A stretch of 64,000 nucleotides of DNA from Oculina patagonica (taxonomy: Eukaryota): positions 1 through 64,000 of the forward strand of contig NW_027557518.1 of assembly GCF_052425735.1 (NCBI RefSeq), written 5' to 3'. The notes under the pieces are model-generated. The model ran no database searches and was not told the origin of the DNA. It was given only the letters and a program-made list of their open reading frames with translations. The translations under genes were made by a program, and so were the position numbers. Of this stretch, positions 13,203 through 26,257 are shown in pieces. Numbering within the stretch: the stretch's first letter is position 1; every line of letters starts with the position of its first letter.

Positions 13203-14354
13203 GAGTCTGCCTTTTGGTCGAGGGTCGAGGGTCGAGGGTACATTGTCGAGGGTGAGGGTAAAATGTCGAGGGTAGAAAATTTTCACAATTTTCAAAAATT
13301 TACCAACCATTACAATTAATTATAATTGTGGGTAAGATATTCAATAGCACGTAGACATCGCTAGGCGTTTAGTACCCACAGAAGGCCATGTATACACGAA
13401 TAACTACGTGAATAGAAAAGAGCTAGGGTCGAATCCAATTGTCGAGTAAACTCCTTATTTTTTTCTTTCTTGACATAGCCAAGATCCAGATAATGAAATT
13501 TCTCGGGATGAATCACGCGCTAACATTTATTAAATCCGACTTTACTGAAAATGTTCACAAGTCGACCTGTTCAGGTATCACCGTACTGAAAAAGACGGCG
13601 ACTAGTAGATTTACCCACAATTCTCGGCGCACGGAAACTCTTATTCGCTCATAAAAACGCAAAGGAAAAGTCTGAAAACTTAAAACCTGGCATACACAAT
13701 GTTGTTAGTTCATGAAGAATCTTCACCAAGACATGGCTTTTTCTGGTGTCTATTGCCTGTGCTAGGTTCACAAGGAGTTGTGTTGAAATGTACAGTCACC
13801 ACTCACCATCTTTTTTCTGTACGTTGGATTCGAAAGTTAAAACACGACGGTCGAAAGAAAACACATCCATGGTACTAAAGATGAGATGTTCAACATGACA
13901 CGAGCTTGGGACAAAGAAAAATTCTGAGTCCCCGACGGGAATCGAACCCATGGCCTCCCAGATACCGGTTGGGCGCTCTAACCAACTGAGCTACGAGAGA
14001 CTCGTTGTAAGCTGGGCCATGTGACACGCGTCCTGCATACTGCTAGGATCAGCAATGCCGAAATCATCAAGTTTGTAGTAAATAATAAAGATGGTAAATT
14101 TCAAGCTCGGTAATAAATAATAAAGATCTTTATTACCGAGCTTGAAATTTACCATCTTTAGTGATATTAATATTGTTATAGTACTTCCTCACCCGTGATT
14201 AATAATAAATAAATAAATTAATTAATTAATAATTAACTAAATTATCTTTTATTAATATTGGAAATATTGTTACCCTCGACCCTACCCTCGACATGTTACC
14301 CTCACCCTCGACAATGTACCCTCGACCCTCGACCCTCGACCAAAAGGCAGACTC
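13203..14354. mobile_element. Non-autonomous Mutator-like element, 1152 bp, 9-bp TSD GTAAAAAAG
   Basis: ~70-bp TIRs starting GAGTCTGCCTTTTGGTCGAGG, with GTCGAGG repeats. TSD at 13194-13202 and 14355-14363. An empty paralogous site lies at 30248-30256. Confidence 0.9.
13880..14160 (-). mobile_element. tRNA-derived repeat (SINE-like) nested in the MULE; tRNA-like head 13926-14003
   Basis: The minus strand has A box TAGCTCAGTTGG and B box GGTTCGATTCC with cloverleaf-like stems. Further copies lie near 23217-23497 and 36186-36445. Confidence 0.75.
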
Positions 14355-15669
14355 GTAAAAAAGCGGTTAAAGAACAATTGATGACTGACCGCATATAATT
14401 TGTTTCTTCGCCAAAGCAGATAGACGTTTTAATAAAATACCTCCCTTAACAAAATAATATCAGTCTTGCATGGGTTTTTGCCTTATGTTTTCGGTTTTAC
14501 TTAAGCATCGTTTGATGTTTATTTTTACTCGACTGCAATTACTTTTCATCCCTTCATTTACATATTAATTGTAGCAGTCGTATTTCTGTTAGCCTTGTCA
14601 AATTACTCGCAAAGAACTTAAAAGCTATGAAAAAATCATAATCAGCCACAAGGTAATTTTATAAACAGGAAAGATAAAGTTAATTCATACGCGGTTTAAT
14701 ATCTAGCAGTTATTATCTGCCCGTGTGGCAAAGTGTCCACACCAAAGACAGTCACAAGATAAATATGTCAAATCCTAATGGGTCATTATGGAAAACTCAC
14801 AGTTAAAACGTCAGAACTGATTGCTGCAAATTGTTCTCGGGTAAGTTGAAGAGTACAATGTTTACATGGCTTAGCTGTACGTCAACTCACTGCATACAGG
14901 GAATTAAAGCTGATTATACCTGATTATGCAGATACGCAAGCACGTTTTAGGCGGGGTTTTGATATGGGTTTAACAGAATTATCTCGTTCACGTTTCAAGG
15001 AATCCGAAAACGCTTCACTCATCCCATATATCTATGTTTTGCGGTATTTTGTAAACTTTGGGTAATTTTGGGAATTTTGGGGAGGAGATAGTTTTTTCTT
15101 AAAATATTGATTAAATTTAGAGAAATACTTAATATTGGAGATTAAATACCGGTATGTAGTTAAAAATTGATAGACGGATACCAGACAGTCCCACTGACAA
15201 CCTGGAATGCTCTTGCGTAGGGGTCAACTGTCTGGTGATGTTTAATTTTTTTCTTCTTCAATCTCTTCTTTAAACCTCTTGAAACTTTATTCAAATTCAG
15301 GAGGAACCCCACCTTAATATAGGGTATTTTATTATTTTTGTTGTGTTCTTGGGCTTCACTGCAGCTTCATCTTGCTGTGTCATTTAACTTTCCCTGTTCT
15401 TTAACTTCCCGTGTTTTTCAACTTCCTGTGTGTCTTCTGATACAAAGTAAACTTCAAACACGGTCTTCTTGTAGCTTGTCCAGCTGCCTTTCCAATGTGT
15501 CAGTTTCCCTTTTAAATCAAACGATTCCCTTGCACCCAGCTATAATACTGTAATACAACGTTTAAGAAATCTGGCCCGGATACTGCCTCGTCATCTCACT
15601 GGTAACTCGTTAAACCTCCTGTGATGATAAAGCTGGTGCTTTTAAGAGCTGGCCTCTTGTAAAGGAAAG

Positions 15670-15693
15670 ATGTCTAACTCCACTAGAAATTGA
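15670..15693 (+). other. Duplicated start region forming micro-uORF MSNSTRN* (also 25007-25030 and 32080-32103)
   Basis: AAGGAAAG ATG TCT AAC TCC ACT AGA AAT TGA encodes the same first 7 residues as the GPCR that starts 321 bp downstream. Confidence 0.8.
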
Positions 15694-15990
15694 CACAAAA
15701 TAGCCTTCAAACACAGCCTTGTTGCAGCTTGCTCACGGTGATAGGCTGGTTTGAATTTATTCAGTTTAAACTATAATAGACGCCAAGCTGTCTGCTCATG
15801 TATCAGTTTCCTGTCAGGTAAAACAATTCCCTTATCAATATTTCAGTTCTCTCTATGTAAAATGCCACCGACCGGCTATCATGCAGCCTAGACACAGATA
15901 CTGCTTCGGCGAGTTACTGGTGACTCGTTACAAGAAAAGACTTTCTACCATGTCTTACGATGCTTTTATGAGCTAGACTGTCAAGGAAAG

Positions 15991-16920
15991 ATGTCTAACT
16001 CCACTAGAAACAGCCAAACGCTTGAAGAATTCATTTGCTCGACAAATCCAGACAATAAGCCTGCAGTAATATTCCTTTCAGCTTTCAACTTCCTTTTTTC
16101 CATCATTGCTTCCATTGGTAACATTTTGATTCTGACTGCCCTTCAAAAGCCGTCGACTTCTCTCCATCCTCCATCGAAAGTTCTGCTGCGTTGTCTAGCT
16201 ACATCAGATCTCTGTGTTGGCATCATTTTACAACCAATGGTCGCCATCCTGTTTGTCTCTGTTGCAAACGAAAATTGGACTCTGTGTGGCCCCATCTTAG
16301 GCATAAGCTTTCTGTTAGGTGTAGTTCTCTTCGGGGTGTCTCTGTTGACATTAACGGCAGTGAGTGTGGAAAGGCTTCTCGCTTTCTTGTTGGGGTTACG
16401 TTTTCGACAAATTGTAACTGTTAGGAGAACTGTTGCTGTTACAGTTTGTTTTTGGGTCATAAATTTCGTTATCGCCGCGTGGTGTGTTTGGAATTATTTT
16501 GTCTTTCTGTGGTACGGATGTGTGCTGATACTTACATGTGTATTAACCTCTACCTTCACTTACACCAAGATCTATGCCCATCTTCGCCGTCACCAAACAA
16601 GAGTGCAAGACCAATCTTCCCAAACACAACAAAACCAAGGGGAAGTTCCACTGAACATTGCTCGATACAGAAAGACCCTTTCTAGTTCACTGTGGATACA
16701 GTTTACATTACTGGCGTGTTACCTTCCGTATTGTGTTGTAACAGCAATCGCAACCTTCACCGGTTTAACGCCGCCTCTTGTCCTGGGCTGGAGGTTTACA
16801 ACATCTGTTGTATTCCTAAACTCTTCTTTAAACCCTTTCCTTTATTGTTGGAAGATCGCAGAAGTAAGACAAGCGGTGAAAGACACAGTCAAACAACTGT
16901 TCTATTGTTCGTCAAGTTAG
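15991..16920 (+). CDS. Class A GPCR copy 2, 309 aa, type B
   Basis: Same motifs as copy 1. N-terminus MSNSTRNSQT, TM7 RFTTS, C-terminus FYCSSS. Confidence 0.96.
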   Translation: MSNSTRNSQTLEEFICSTNPDNKPAVIFLSAFNFLFSIIASIGNILILTALQKPSTSLHPPSKVLLRCLATSDLCVGIILQPMVAILFVSVANENWTLCGPILGISFLLGVVLFGVSLLTLTAVSVERLLAFLLGLRFRQIVTVRRTVAVTVCFWVINFVIAAWCVWNYFVFLWYGCVLILTCVLTSTFTYTKIYAHLRRHQTRVQDQSSQTQQNQGEVPLNIARYRKTLSSSLWIQFTLLACYLPYCVVTAIATFTGLTPPLVLGWRFTTSVVFLNSSLNPFLYCWKIAEVRQAVKDTVKQLFYCSSS

Positions 16921-18548
16921 ATATCGCAACAATTGACACCGGGAATTCTTCCAAGTACAATTGTGTACGAGAAGAAGTATTTATCTAACCAACACGTTAA
17001 ATATTTTTTCACCTTGGTAGCAACTCTGAAATAATACTTTACAGAGGAATAATTTGTGAAATATTGTCGCACTGGGATCAGGAACCCTCTTCAACCAGCA
17101 ACAACAACAGCAAATGGTATTGCATTTGGTTGGCAAGTCTGGCCATGGGAAAAAGCTGACAACAATCCTCCATTGCGCGCGAGTAATCTACAACGATGAT
17201 AAGTTTTATTTGGATCCCTTTTCCATGAAATAGTTTTAAATTACAATGATCGTCTGTGTATCAAGTGAGGAGACAGCTTTGTTCGTTTTGTTTTTTTGAA
17301 GAACTAGTAACATTGTATTATAAAGCGACTTGTAAAAGGGAACTAGTATACTAGTTTAATTCCGGAGAGAATCGACATTCTTGGGCTAAATGCTGCCATT
17401 ATTCTCTATACTTTAGTTAATAAAATAAAGAAATGCAAATCAGCTTGCATTAAATTTAAATGTATGTCACGTCGCAAAATTTCACTTAAAAATCGTTTTT
17501 TTTTATATGACTCATTGAGAATATGGAACTCTAGGTTACATCTGTAAGCAATATCATAGGCCAAATGTTTACTATTTCTGATATTCTTGGTTTTCTAGCA
17601 GCGAAACATATGTGAGAATTGAAATTTAAAAATGAGATAAAATCTGATAGAGGATGTTTTCATATTAGTAATATAAATGCTAATCAGACTATGTTAAAAG
17701 CAGATGATGGTTCAAAGAAAAAATACACTTTTTAATAAGGACCCTTCTTAACAGTAAATTGACATGCAATACTAAGAGATCCCATGTTAATAAAAGGTTT
17801 ACCAATAAGATTAGAGATTACTCTGAAAAAGAATCACTGTACAGGAAATGTTCTAGTCGCCAGCCAATCATATTTTTGCTCTCTTCCAAAACACGTCTCT
17901 AATTTAAAATATTTCTTTTACTGATTTTTCTATCTGTTTATTCAGGCTATTAGTTAATAGTCATGATTTTCTACTTGTAAAAGCATGGAATAGATATGAA
18001 CGGTTTTACTAAACGAAGCAGATGTTCTCCCGCTCTTTGTTCTACTTGTAAAACCAGCAGATGCCTCCAACATGTAAATACTACCTAATAATATTATCAG
18101 CGGCATACATGTCAAGAGAAAAAGTTGAAAGACATTATTTTCCAAAAGGAAATAATTCGATGTTGATAAAAATGGAATGAGATCTAGAAGGTACATGTTG
18201 AAACATTTGTCATTTTTTTTGTTTAAGATTCTAAAATTAAAAATCCTTAATTTTGAATCTTGCTTAACCAAAACTACCAAAACTAAAATACGAAAAAAGG
18301 ACGACTAAAAGTACCTTCAGAGAAAACTATATAATCAATATTTGAAAAATATTCAAAGGTGCAACGCCTGGGATAGCGTTAACTGAACATTTTAGCAACA
18401 TTTTTCCAGTACGCCTTTCCCAATCTGTCAAAATCTTCACGAATCTTGACCATCTTAAGCTTGGCTCTTTGCTTTGTCATGAAACATTTAGCAAGTTTTG
18501 CAAACGACATCATTTTATGCGCCTCTAATCTTTATACGGTAATTTCTG

Positions 18549-21511
18549 TCACACAATGTTAACATTATCATTTTGCTCCCTTTCCTTGTCACCATTTCTC
18601 AAAAAGCCAACAGCATTGGCATCTACGCATGCGCCGTACCCTTCACAGTGATACGCCGAGAACATCTTGGATGTGAAGAACTGATTGGCAGTGCTGTGCT
18701 GTGGAAAGACGTTACAACATATCTTGGACAACCCCTGACAAGCTTGTCGGTGACAGCACTCGCAGCAACAGAGAGTCAAGTTATTGACTTCATCTTGTGT
18801 GAAAAACACACCGTCGGGTGCATCGAAAGGATGCAAATTAGTCGAACGATTTCCATCCATTCCGTCATTTACGCCATGCTGCGGATTTCTTGGTACGATA
18901 AGTAGAATTTCTCCTTCGCCTTCTTCACCGAATTCATCGCTTTGGTAACGAACCTTGAATCTGAAAAAGCAACAAAAGGAGAATTTACAACCGGGATAAT
19001 TTCAAGGCTATTTAAATATTCTGTACTCTGCATTGATATCGGAGAACATTTAAGCAGGATGAAGAGAAAGAAAGCGTGCGTTTTACTTGTTTCTGCTCCT
19101 TTTTTTCGACTATTTTGCTTGTTAAAGTAAAATAGTAAGACTTGTGGACAATGAAGTCACTCTCTTACCGAATTCTTGGTAACTCTCAAGGAACTGTTTT
19201 AATTTCTCAAGGGAATACTTTTCGCTGTGGGTGATAAAAACGTCACTCAAGAGGAATGCGTCAGCACTTCCGATCCCGAATTGTTACAAGGCGGGCAATT
19301 TCGATGGCCTTGTCCGTGTCGAGACTACAGTCTATTTTTTTTTTCCATTTTCACGCGTCGCTCGTCATCTAGCCTTGCAAATTAAAGGTTGGTATTTTTC
19401 AAAGATCTCTGCCATTCATCGATTGAATCGCTTAGTTTTATCATGCCTGTGTTTATATGACGTTAAATGATGCAAAATATTAATATGCATTTCCACAATT
19501 TTCCAGCGACACATTGCATGGGAAACATAACTGTGCTATGACGCTACCATGATAATGGTTGGTTTAGTTATGGTGACGAACCTAGTAAGAATAAATTTTA
19601 AAATCATATACAGTCGAAGCTCTCTTAACGGACACTCTCGTAAGCGGACAGCTCTACTTACGGCCACCTTGTTAGAAACCCCGTTTTTACTCCCATACAA
19701 ACTCTGTATTTTTACATTCTCGTAAGCGGACATTCCCGTAAGCGGCCGCGGACACTTTCCGAGATTACGACTTAGACTTTTTCTTTGTTTTTAAGCTCCC
19801 GTAAGCGGACACCGCAAAGAAAATCATATAAAAAACCTCTGTATCTTGTATTAATCAATCAACTTCACATCGCCGTTTGTCACAATGATTTTACTGTAAT
19901 TACAGTACCATATTTCAGTGTTTGTTTTGTCGTCATCCACGTCCGGTTACATTTCGAAACATGCATATTACCATTATGTTAGCTGGGCAAGCTCCCGTAA
20001 GCGGCCATCTATCCCCTACACCTCTAGTGGCCGCTTACAAGAATTATTCTCGTAAGCGGCCAGCTCCAATTGCGGACACTTTTTTCGCGTCCCGAGGGTG
20101 TCCGCTTATGAGAGCTTCGACTGTAATTTTAATTTTGAGTATTACTTTAACATATACGTAGTACTGTTTATTATACTACACATGGTGGCTGAAATAAGTT
20201 GTACTGTCATCTGGTGAAGCTGGACAGTGAAATTGTCGGGCACGAATTGAAATTGAACGGGCATGGACTGAAATTGTCCAACATCCTGATAATATTGTCA
20301 AATTTGACCTTTGTACTCTTGGATGTTGAAGCCGGCCATTAGGGTATTTCTCGTATGGCAACCTTTAAATCCGTGAGCGTTATTCATGGGGTCCATTTTG
20401 CCACGTTTCCTCTAAAACAACCTCCCGTATAAAGCTAAATTACAACTTATGCCAGCCTATCTCAATCCGTAAGCTAGTACTTGAAATTGGTTTTATACAA
20501 GCGTATTCTTTTACGAGAAGAGCGACGTACCAGATACCTGATACCTACCTTACCCTACTATACTACTTTCATTTCAAGTAGTGCTACTTGAGACCATAGT
20601 TAGAAGAGAGGACTAACTATGTTTAGCAGATGCAAAATCGCCAAAGCAAAAAGAGAAAGAACAACAAACTTGTAATAACGCTGCTTTCCTCCTGTTTTTG
20701 GTCTCACAAACTTCTCCAAGAGGTCGAAAAATGATGTCTTGGCCGTCTTCACTTAGAAACGAACAGTTTAGCTTGGTACAAGCAAGCATCAGTGCAATCA
20801 AAAAGTTGTCTCCGTAGTATTGGTCGTCATGCTTATAACGGCAGCGTCAACAACAACAATCCTTCGTAGCCTTCTCTTTAACAGCGGTAAAATAGCAAGG
20901 TTTTCAATATGGCCTCCATCGCTAAGCAGCAGTATTGGTGGCGGCATTGGGCCAGTGTTTTCATTGGAAAACATTTGTCTCACAAAATAGACGAAAGGAA
21001 TGTGTACGATAAACCACCTGAATTGACAAAATAGCGAGAATAACGTATGTTGACTCGTGCTCAGGATTTGCCTTAACAGAATATTTTGCATGTCATGTTG
21101 CGTCAATCATCATAGGGTTTTTTAGCGTGAATTCATGTTAAATGTCTGTTGAGCCAACGTCGTTCCAAGTGCCCCGGGAACCAGATTGCTCTCGAGCTTT
21201 AGAACTTAAGAGTGAAATCGAGATTACTCGAGCCTCCTTGAGGAAAGAAAACTAGTTCGATAAATCGAAAGTGCGGGTATCGGAGGTAAAAGTGCAGTGT
21301 TCGCCTTATTGAGAAATTGGTAATACATTATTATTTTCATTCTAGCCCTTACCTTGCTAATTTCTCCCACCATCTTGGTTGTTCCGCACCAGTGTCGATA
21401 AGAGCGATGAAAACCAGTACAAGATGTATGGCAAAGAAGCTTGTTACTCCTATCTTGACGGATTGTTCTGCATCGTGGTAAAGTGCCGGTATAATTATTA
21501 ATGGAAGGCCA
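18549..21511 (-). pseudogene. 3' remnant of the lipase gene, unit 2: exon 5 intact (18549-18960), exon 4 disrupted (20670-21017), exon 3 truncated (21353-21511)
   Basis: Same lesions as unit 1, plus one extra +1 nt downstream of the premature stop. Confidence 0.88.
19611..20123. mobile_element. Tc1/mariner-type MITE, 513 bp, TA TSD
   Basis: TIRs CAGTCGAAGCTCTC / GAGAGCTTCGACTG flanked by TA, with repeated CGTAAGCGG motifs. Empty site at 10787-10788. Confidence 0.92.
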
Positions 21512-22539
21512 TAAAATTGCAAAATAACAGAAATAAGAAGGTTATGTTATGGAACAACTTTGAGTCATCAGATCAATAATCAGATCAATTAAAAATCTCT
21601 AGGAATTTAAATTAGAACAGAGGACTGAACGCGCGCATTTGAAGGTACCATTGGCCAAATAGCAGACTAGAGTAGCAAATATTTCTTAGTGTATGATAAA
21701 TTGTCAGGCTGTCTGGCATCTTTAAAATCTACCCACAACCACGCAAACACCCACGTAAGACATATTGGACCTTATTTTCATGTGCTAACCACGTCCTTTA
21801 ATTTAGGCATCTCTCATAAAAAAATTACTGCATCGGCAAGTAACATATTTCAAATATGGATTGTGGTCTATCAAATGAGCCGCATCATAGAGCTGGAGTT
21901 TATATTAACTTTCTCCCCTTAGGACTAACAGGATTCTTCCTGATGGGGTGATAGATGGTTTCCATTGGACCACCCCGAACTTTCGAAACCAAATTGTACG
22001 TGTCAGCGTAAAGATTAGTCTGGGGACAGGGTATAATACACAGGCTTATGCCATTAAATATTCAATCACTTCGCACTATCAATGTAATTGAGGCTTGTTT
22101 TGCTGCCGGAGTAAGGATGGGGCGGCAAGGGCATGTGAAGCTTTAGCGTTTTCCTCACAGATTTCGCTCAGTATTATTTTGCAACGAGTTCATTCCATAG
22201 CAAGTACAACGGAAAGGACTAGACTATTATTGTTATAATGAGATGCAGAAGATATAGCGCTCTTCGTTTGGATTCGTTGTATACAAAGTTTAGCTTTGAA
22301 ATAAATATGAAGTCAAGAAACGGTGATAAAACGCAGCCTGCCTTATGGAGGGTTAGCGAACACTTCCACTGACTGGGTCCTCCGGGGTGACCCGTGGAGC
22401 TAGGAGTATGGCTCCTATACTAAATTCTGATTGGTCATTTCGTAAACTTCATAATTAATGGATTAAAAAACTAAAAATAATTAAGCGCTAACAGAAAAGT
22501 AAGCCGACCCGTAATTGTCCAGGTTTATTAGTAAAAAAG

Positions 22540-23691
22540 GAGTCTGCCTTTTGGTCGAGGGTCGAGGGTCGAGGGTACATTGTCGAGGGTGAGGGTAAAA
22601 TGTCGAGGGTAGAAAATTTTCACAATTTTCAAAAATTTACCAACCATTACAATTAATTATAATTGTGGGTAAGATATTCAACAGCACGTAGACATCGCTA
22701 GGCGTTTAGTACCCACAGAAGGCCATGTATACACGAATAACTACGTGAATAGAAAAGAGCTAGGGTCGAATCCAATTGTCGAGTAAACTCCTTATTTTTT
22801 TCTTTCTTGACATAGCCAAGATCCAGATAATGAAATTTCTCGGGATGAATCACGCGCTAACATTTATTAAATCCGACTTTACTGAAAATGTTCACAAGTC
22901 GACCTGTTCAGGTATCACCGTACTGAAAAAGACGGCGACTAGTAGATTTACCCACAATTCTCGGCGCACGGAAACTCTTATTCGCTCATAAAAACGCAAA
23001 GGAAAAGTCTGAAAACTTAAAACCTGGCATACACAATGTTGTTAGTTCATGAAGAATCTTCACCAAGACATGGCTTTTTCTGGTGTCTATTGCCTGTGCT
23101 AGGTTCACAAGGAGTTGTGTTGAAATGTACAGTCACCACTCACCATCTTTTTTCTGTACGTTGGATTCGAAAGTTAAAACACGACGGTCGAAAGAAAACA
23201 CATCCATGGTACTAAAGATGAGATGTTCAACATGACACGAGCTTGGGACAAAGAAAAATTCTGAGTCCCCGACGGGAATCGAACCCATGGCCTCCCAGAT
23301 ACCGGTTGGGCGCTCTAACCAACTGAGCTACGAGAGACTCGTTGTAAGCTGGGCCATGTGACACGCGTCCTGCATACTGCTAGGATCAGCAATGCCGAAA
23401 TCATCAAGTTTGTAGTAAATAATAAAGATGGTAAATTTCAAGCTCGGTAATAAATAATAAAGATCTTTATTACCGAGCTTGAAATTTACCATCTTTAGTG
23501 ATATTAATATTGTTATAGTACTTCCTCACCCGTGATTAATAATAAATAAATAAATTAATTAATTAATAATTAACTAAATTATCTTTTATTAATATTGGAA
23601 ATATTGTTACCCTCGACCCTACCCTCGACATGTTACCCTCACCCTCGACAATGTACCCTCGACCCTCGACCCTCGACCAAAAGGCAGACTC
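22540..23691. mobile_element. Second copy of the Mutator-like element, with nested tRNA-derived repeat
   Basis: Near-identical to 13203-14354, with the same TSD and flanks, so it was copied by the segmental duplication. Confidence 0.9.
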
Positions 23692-25327
23692 GTAAAAAAG
23701 CGGTTAAAGAACAATTGATGACTGACCGCATATAATTTGTTTCTTCGCCAAAGCAGATAGACGTTTTAATAAAATACCTCCCTTAACAAAATAATATCAG
23801 TCTTGCATGGGTTTTTGCCTTATGTTTTCGGTTTTACTTAAGCATCGTTTGATGTTTATTTTTACTCGACTGCAATTACTTTTCATCCCTTCATTTACAT
23901 ATTAATTGTAGCAGTCGTATTTCTGTTAGCCTTGTCAAATTACTCGCAAAGAACTTAAAAGCTATGAAAAAATCATAATCAGCCACAAGGTAATTTTATA
24001 AACAGGAAAGATAAAGTTAATTCATACGCGGTTTAATATCTAGCAGTTATTATCTGCCCGTGTGGCAAAGTGTCCACACCAAAGACAGTCACAAGATAAA
24101 TATGTCAAATCCTAATGGGTCATTATGGAAAACTCACAGTTAAAACGTCAGAACTGATTGCTGCAAATTGTTCTCGGGTAAGTTGAAGAGTACAATGTTT
24201 ACATGGCTTAGCTGTACGTCAACTCACTGCATACAGGGAATTAAGGCTGATTATACCTGATTATGCAGATACGCAAGCACGTTTTAGGCGGGGTTTTGAT
24301 ATGGGTTTAACAGAATTATCTCGTTCACGTTTCAAGGAATCCGAAAACGCTTCACTCATCCCATATATCTATGTTTTGCGGTATTTTGTAAACTTTGGGT
24401 AATTTTGGGAATTTTGGGGAGGAGATAGTTTTTTCTTAAAATATTGATTAAATTTAGAGAAATACTTAATATTGGAGATAAAATACCGGTATGTAGTTAA
24501 AAATTGATAGACGGATACCAGACAGTCCCACTGACAACCTGGAATGCTCTTGCGTGGGGGTCAACTGTCTGGTGATGTTTAATTTTTTTCTTCTTCAATC
24601 TCTTCTTTAAACCTCTTGAAACTTTATTCAAATTCAGGAGGAACCCCACCTTAATATAGGGTATTTTATTATTTTTGTTGTGTTCTTGGGCTTCACTGCA
24701 GCTTCATCTTGCTGTGTCATTTAACTTTCCCTGTTCTTTAACTTCCCGTGTTTTTCAACTTCCTGTGTGTCTTCTGATACAAAGTAAACTTCAAACACGG
24801 TCTTCTTGTAGCTTGTCCAGCTGCCTTTCCAATGTGTCAGTTTCCCTTTTAAATCAAACGATTCCCTGGCACCCAGCTATAATACTGTAATACAACGTTT
24901 AAGAAATCTGGCCCGGATACTGCCTCGTCATCTCACTGGTAACTCGTTAAACCTCCTGTGATGATAAAGCTGGTGCTTTTAAGAGCTGGCCTCTTGTAAA
25001 GGAAAGATGTCTAACTCCACTAGAAATTGACACAAAATAGCCTTCAAACACAGCCTTGTTGCAGCTTGCTCACGGTGATAGGCTGGTTTGAATTTATTCA
25101 GTTTAAACTATAATAGACGCCAAGCTGTCTGCTCATGTATCAGTTTCCTGTCAGGTAAAACAATTCCCTTATCAATATTTCAGTTCTCTCTATGTAAAAT
25201 GCCACCGACCGGCTATCATGCAGCCTAGACACAGATACTGCTTCGGCGAGTTACTGGTGACTCGTTACAAGAAAAGACTTTCTACCATGCCTTACGATGC
25301 TTTTATGAGCTAGACTGTCAAGGAAAG

Positions 25328-26257
25328 ATGTCTAACTCCACTAGAAACAGCCAAACGCTTGAAGAATTCATTTGCTCGACAAATCCAGACAATAAGCCTG
25401 CAGTAATATTCCTTTCAGCTTTCAACTTCCTTTTTTCCATCATTGCTTCCATTGGTAACATTTTGATTCTGACTGCCCTTCAAAAGCCGTCGACTTCTCT
25501 CCATCCTCCATCGAAAGTTCTGCTGCGTTGTCTAGCTACATCAGATCTCTGTGTTGGCATCATTTTACAACCAATGGTCGCCATCCTGTTTGTCTCTGTT
25601 GCAAACGAAAATTGGACTCTGTGTGGCCCCATCTTAGGCATAAGCTTTCTGTTAGGTGTAGTTCTCTTCGGGGTGTCTCTGTTGACATTAACGGCAGTGA
25701 GTGTGGAAAGGCTTCTCGCTTTCTTGTTGGGGTTACGTTTTCGACAAATTGTAACTGTTAGGAGAACTGTTGCTGTTACAGTTTGTTTTTGGGTCATAAA
25801 TTTCGTTATCGCCGCGTGGTGTTTTTGGAATTATTTTGTCTTTCTGTGGTACGGATGTGTGCTGATACTTACATGTGTATTAACCTCTACCTTCACTTAC
25901 ACCAAGATCTATGCCGATCTTCGCCGTCACCAAACAAGAGTGCAAGACCAATCTTCCCAAACACAACAAAACCAAGGGGAAGTTCCACTGAACATTGCTC
26001 GATACAGAAAGACCCTTTCTAGTTCACTGTGGATACAGTTTACATTACTGGCGTGTTACCTTCCTTATTGTGTTGTAACAGCATTAGCAACCTTCACCGG
26101 TTTAACGCCGCCTCTTGTCCTAGGCTGGAGATTGACAGCATCTGTTGTCTTCCTCAACTCGTCTTTGAACCCTTTCCTTTACTGTTGGAAGATCGCAGAA
26201 GTGAGACAAGCGGTGAAAGACACAGTCAAACAACTGTTCTGTTGTTCATCAAGTTAG
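25328..26257 (+). CDS. Class A GPCR copy 3, 309 aa, chimeric (type-B 5' part, type-A 3' part)
   Basis: Matches copies 2/4 up to ~26020. After that it matches copy 1 (RLTAS, CCTTAT codons and the 3' flank). Confidence 0.96.
   Translation: MSNSTRNSQTLEEFICSTNPDNKPAVIFLSAFNFLFSIIASIGNILILTALQKPSTSLHPPSKVLLRCLATSDLCVGIILQPMVAILFVSVANENWTLCGPILGISFLLGVVLFGVSLLTLTAVSVERLLAFLLGLRFRQIVTVRRTVAVTVCFWVINFVIAAWCFWNYFVFLWYGCVLILTCVLTSTFTYTKIYADLRRHQTRVQDQSSQTQQNQGEVPLNIARYRKTLSSSLWIQFTLLACYLPYCVVTALATFTGLTPPLVLGWRLTASVVFLNSSLNPFLYCWKIAEVRQAVKDTVKQLFCCSSS

Larger units (their letters stand above)
10790..26040 (+). repeat. Near-identical tandem segmental duplication, offset ~9337 bp (~10790-16700 vs ~20125-26040)
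   Basis: ORF pairs share the 9337 offset (10839/20176, 13439/22776, 15338/24675, 15991/25328). Both copies carry the same MITE insertion and the same exon-4 +2 frameshift. Confidence 0.93.

Noticed and set aside
13926-14003. Functional tRNA-Thr(GGT) genes (also at 23263 and 36235)
   Set aside because: There is no U33, the anticodon stem is mismatched, and G34 Thr is atypical for eukaryotes. Each copy is embedded in a longer dispersed repeat.
20670-21017. Net +3 indels restoring exon 4 in unit 2
   Set aside because: A stop codon (20798-20800) lies between the two frameshifts.
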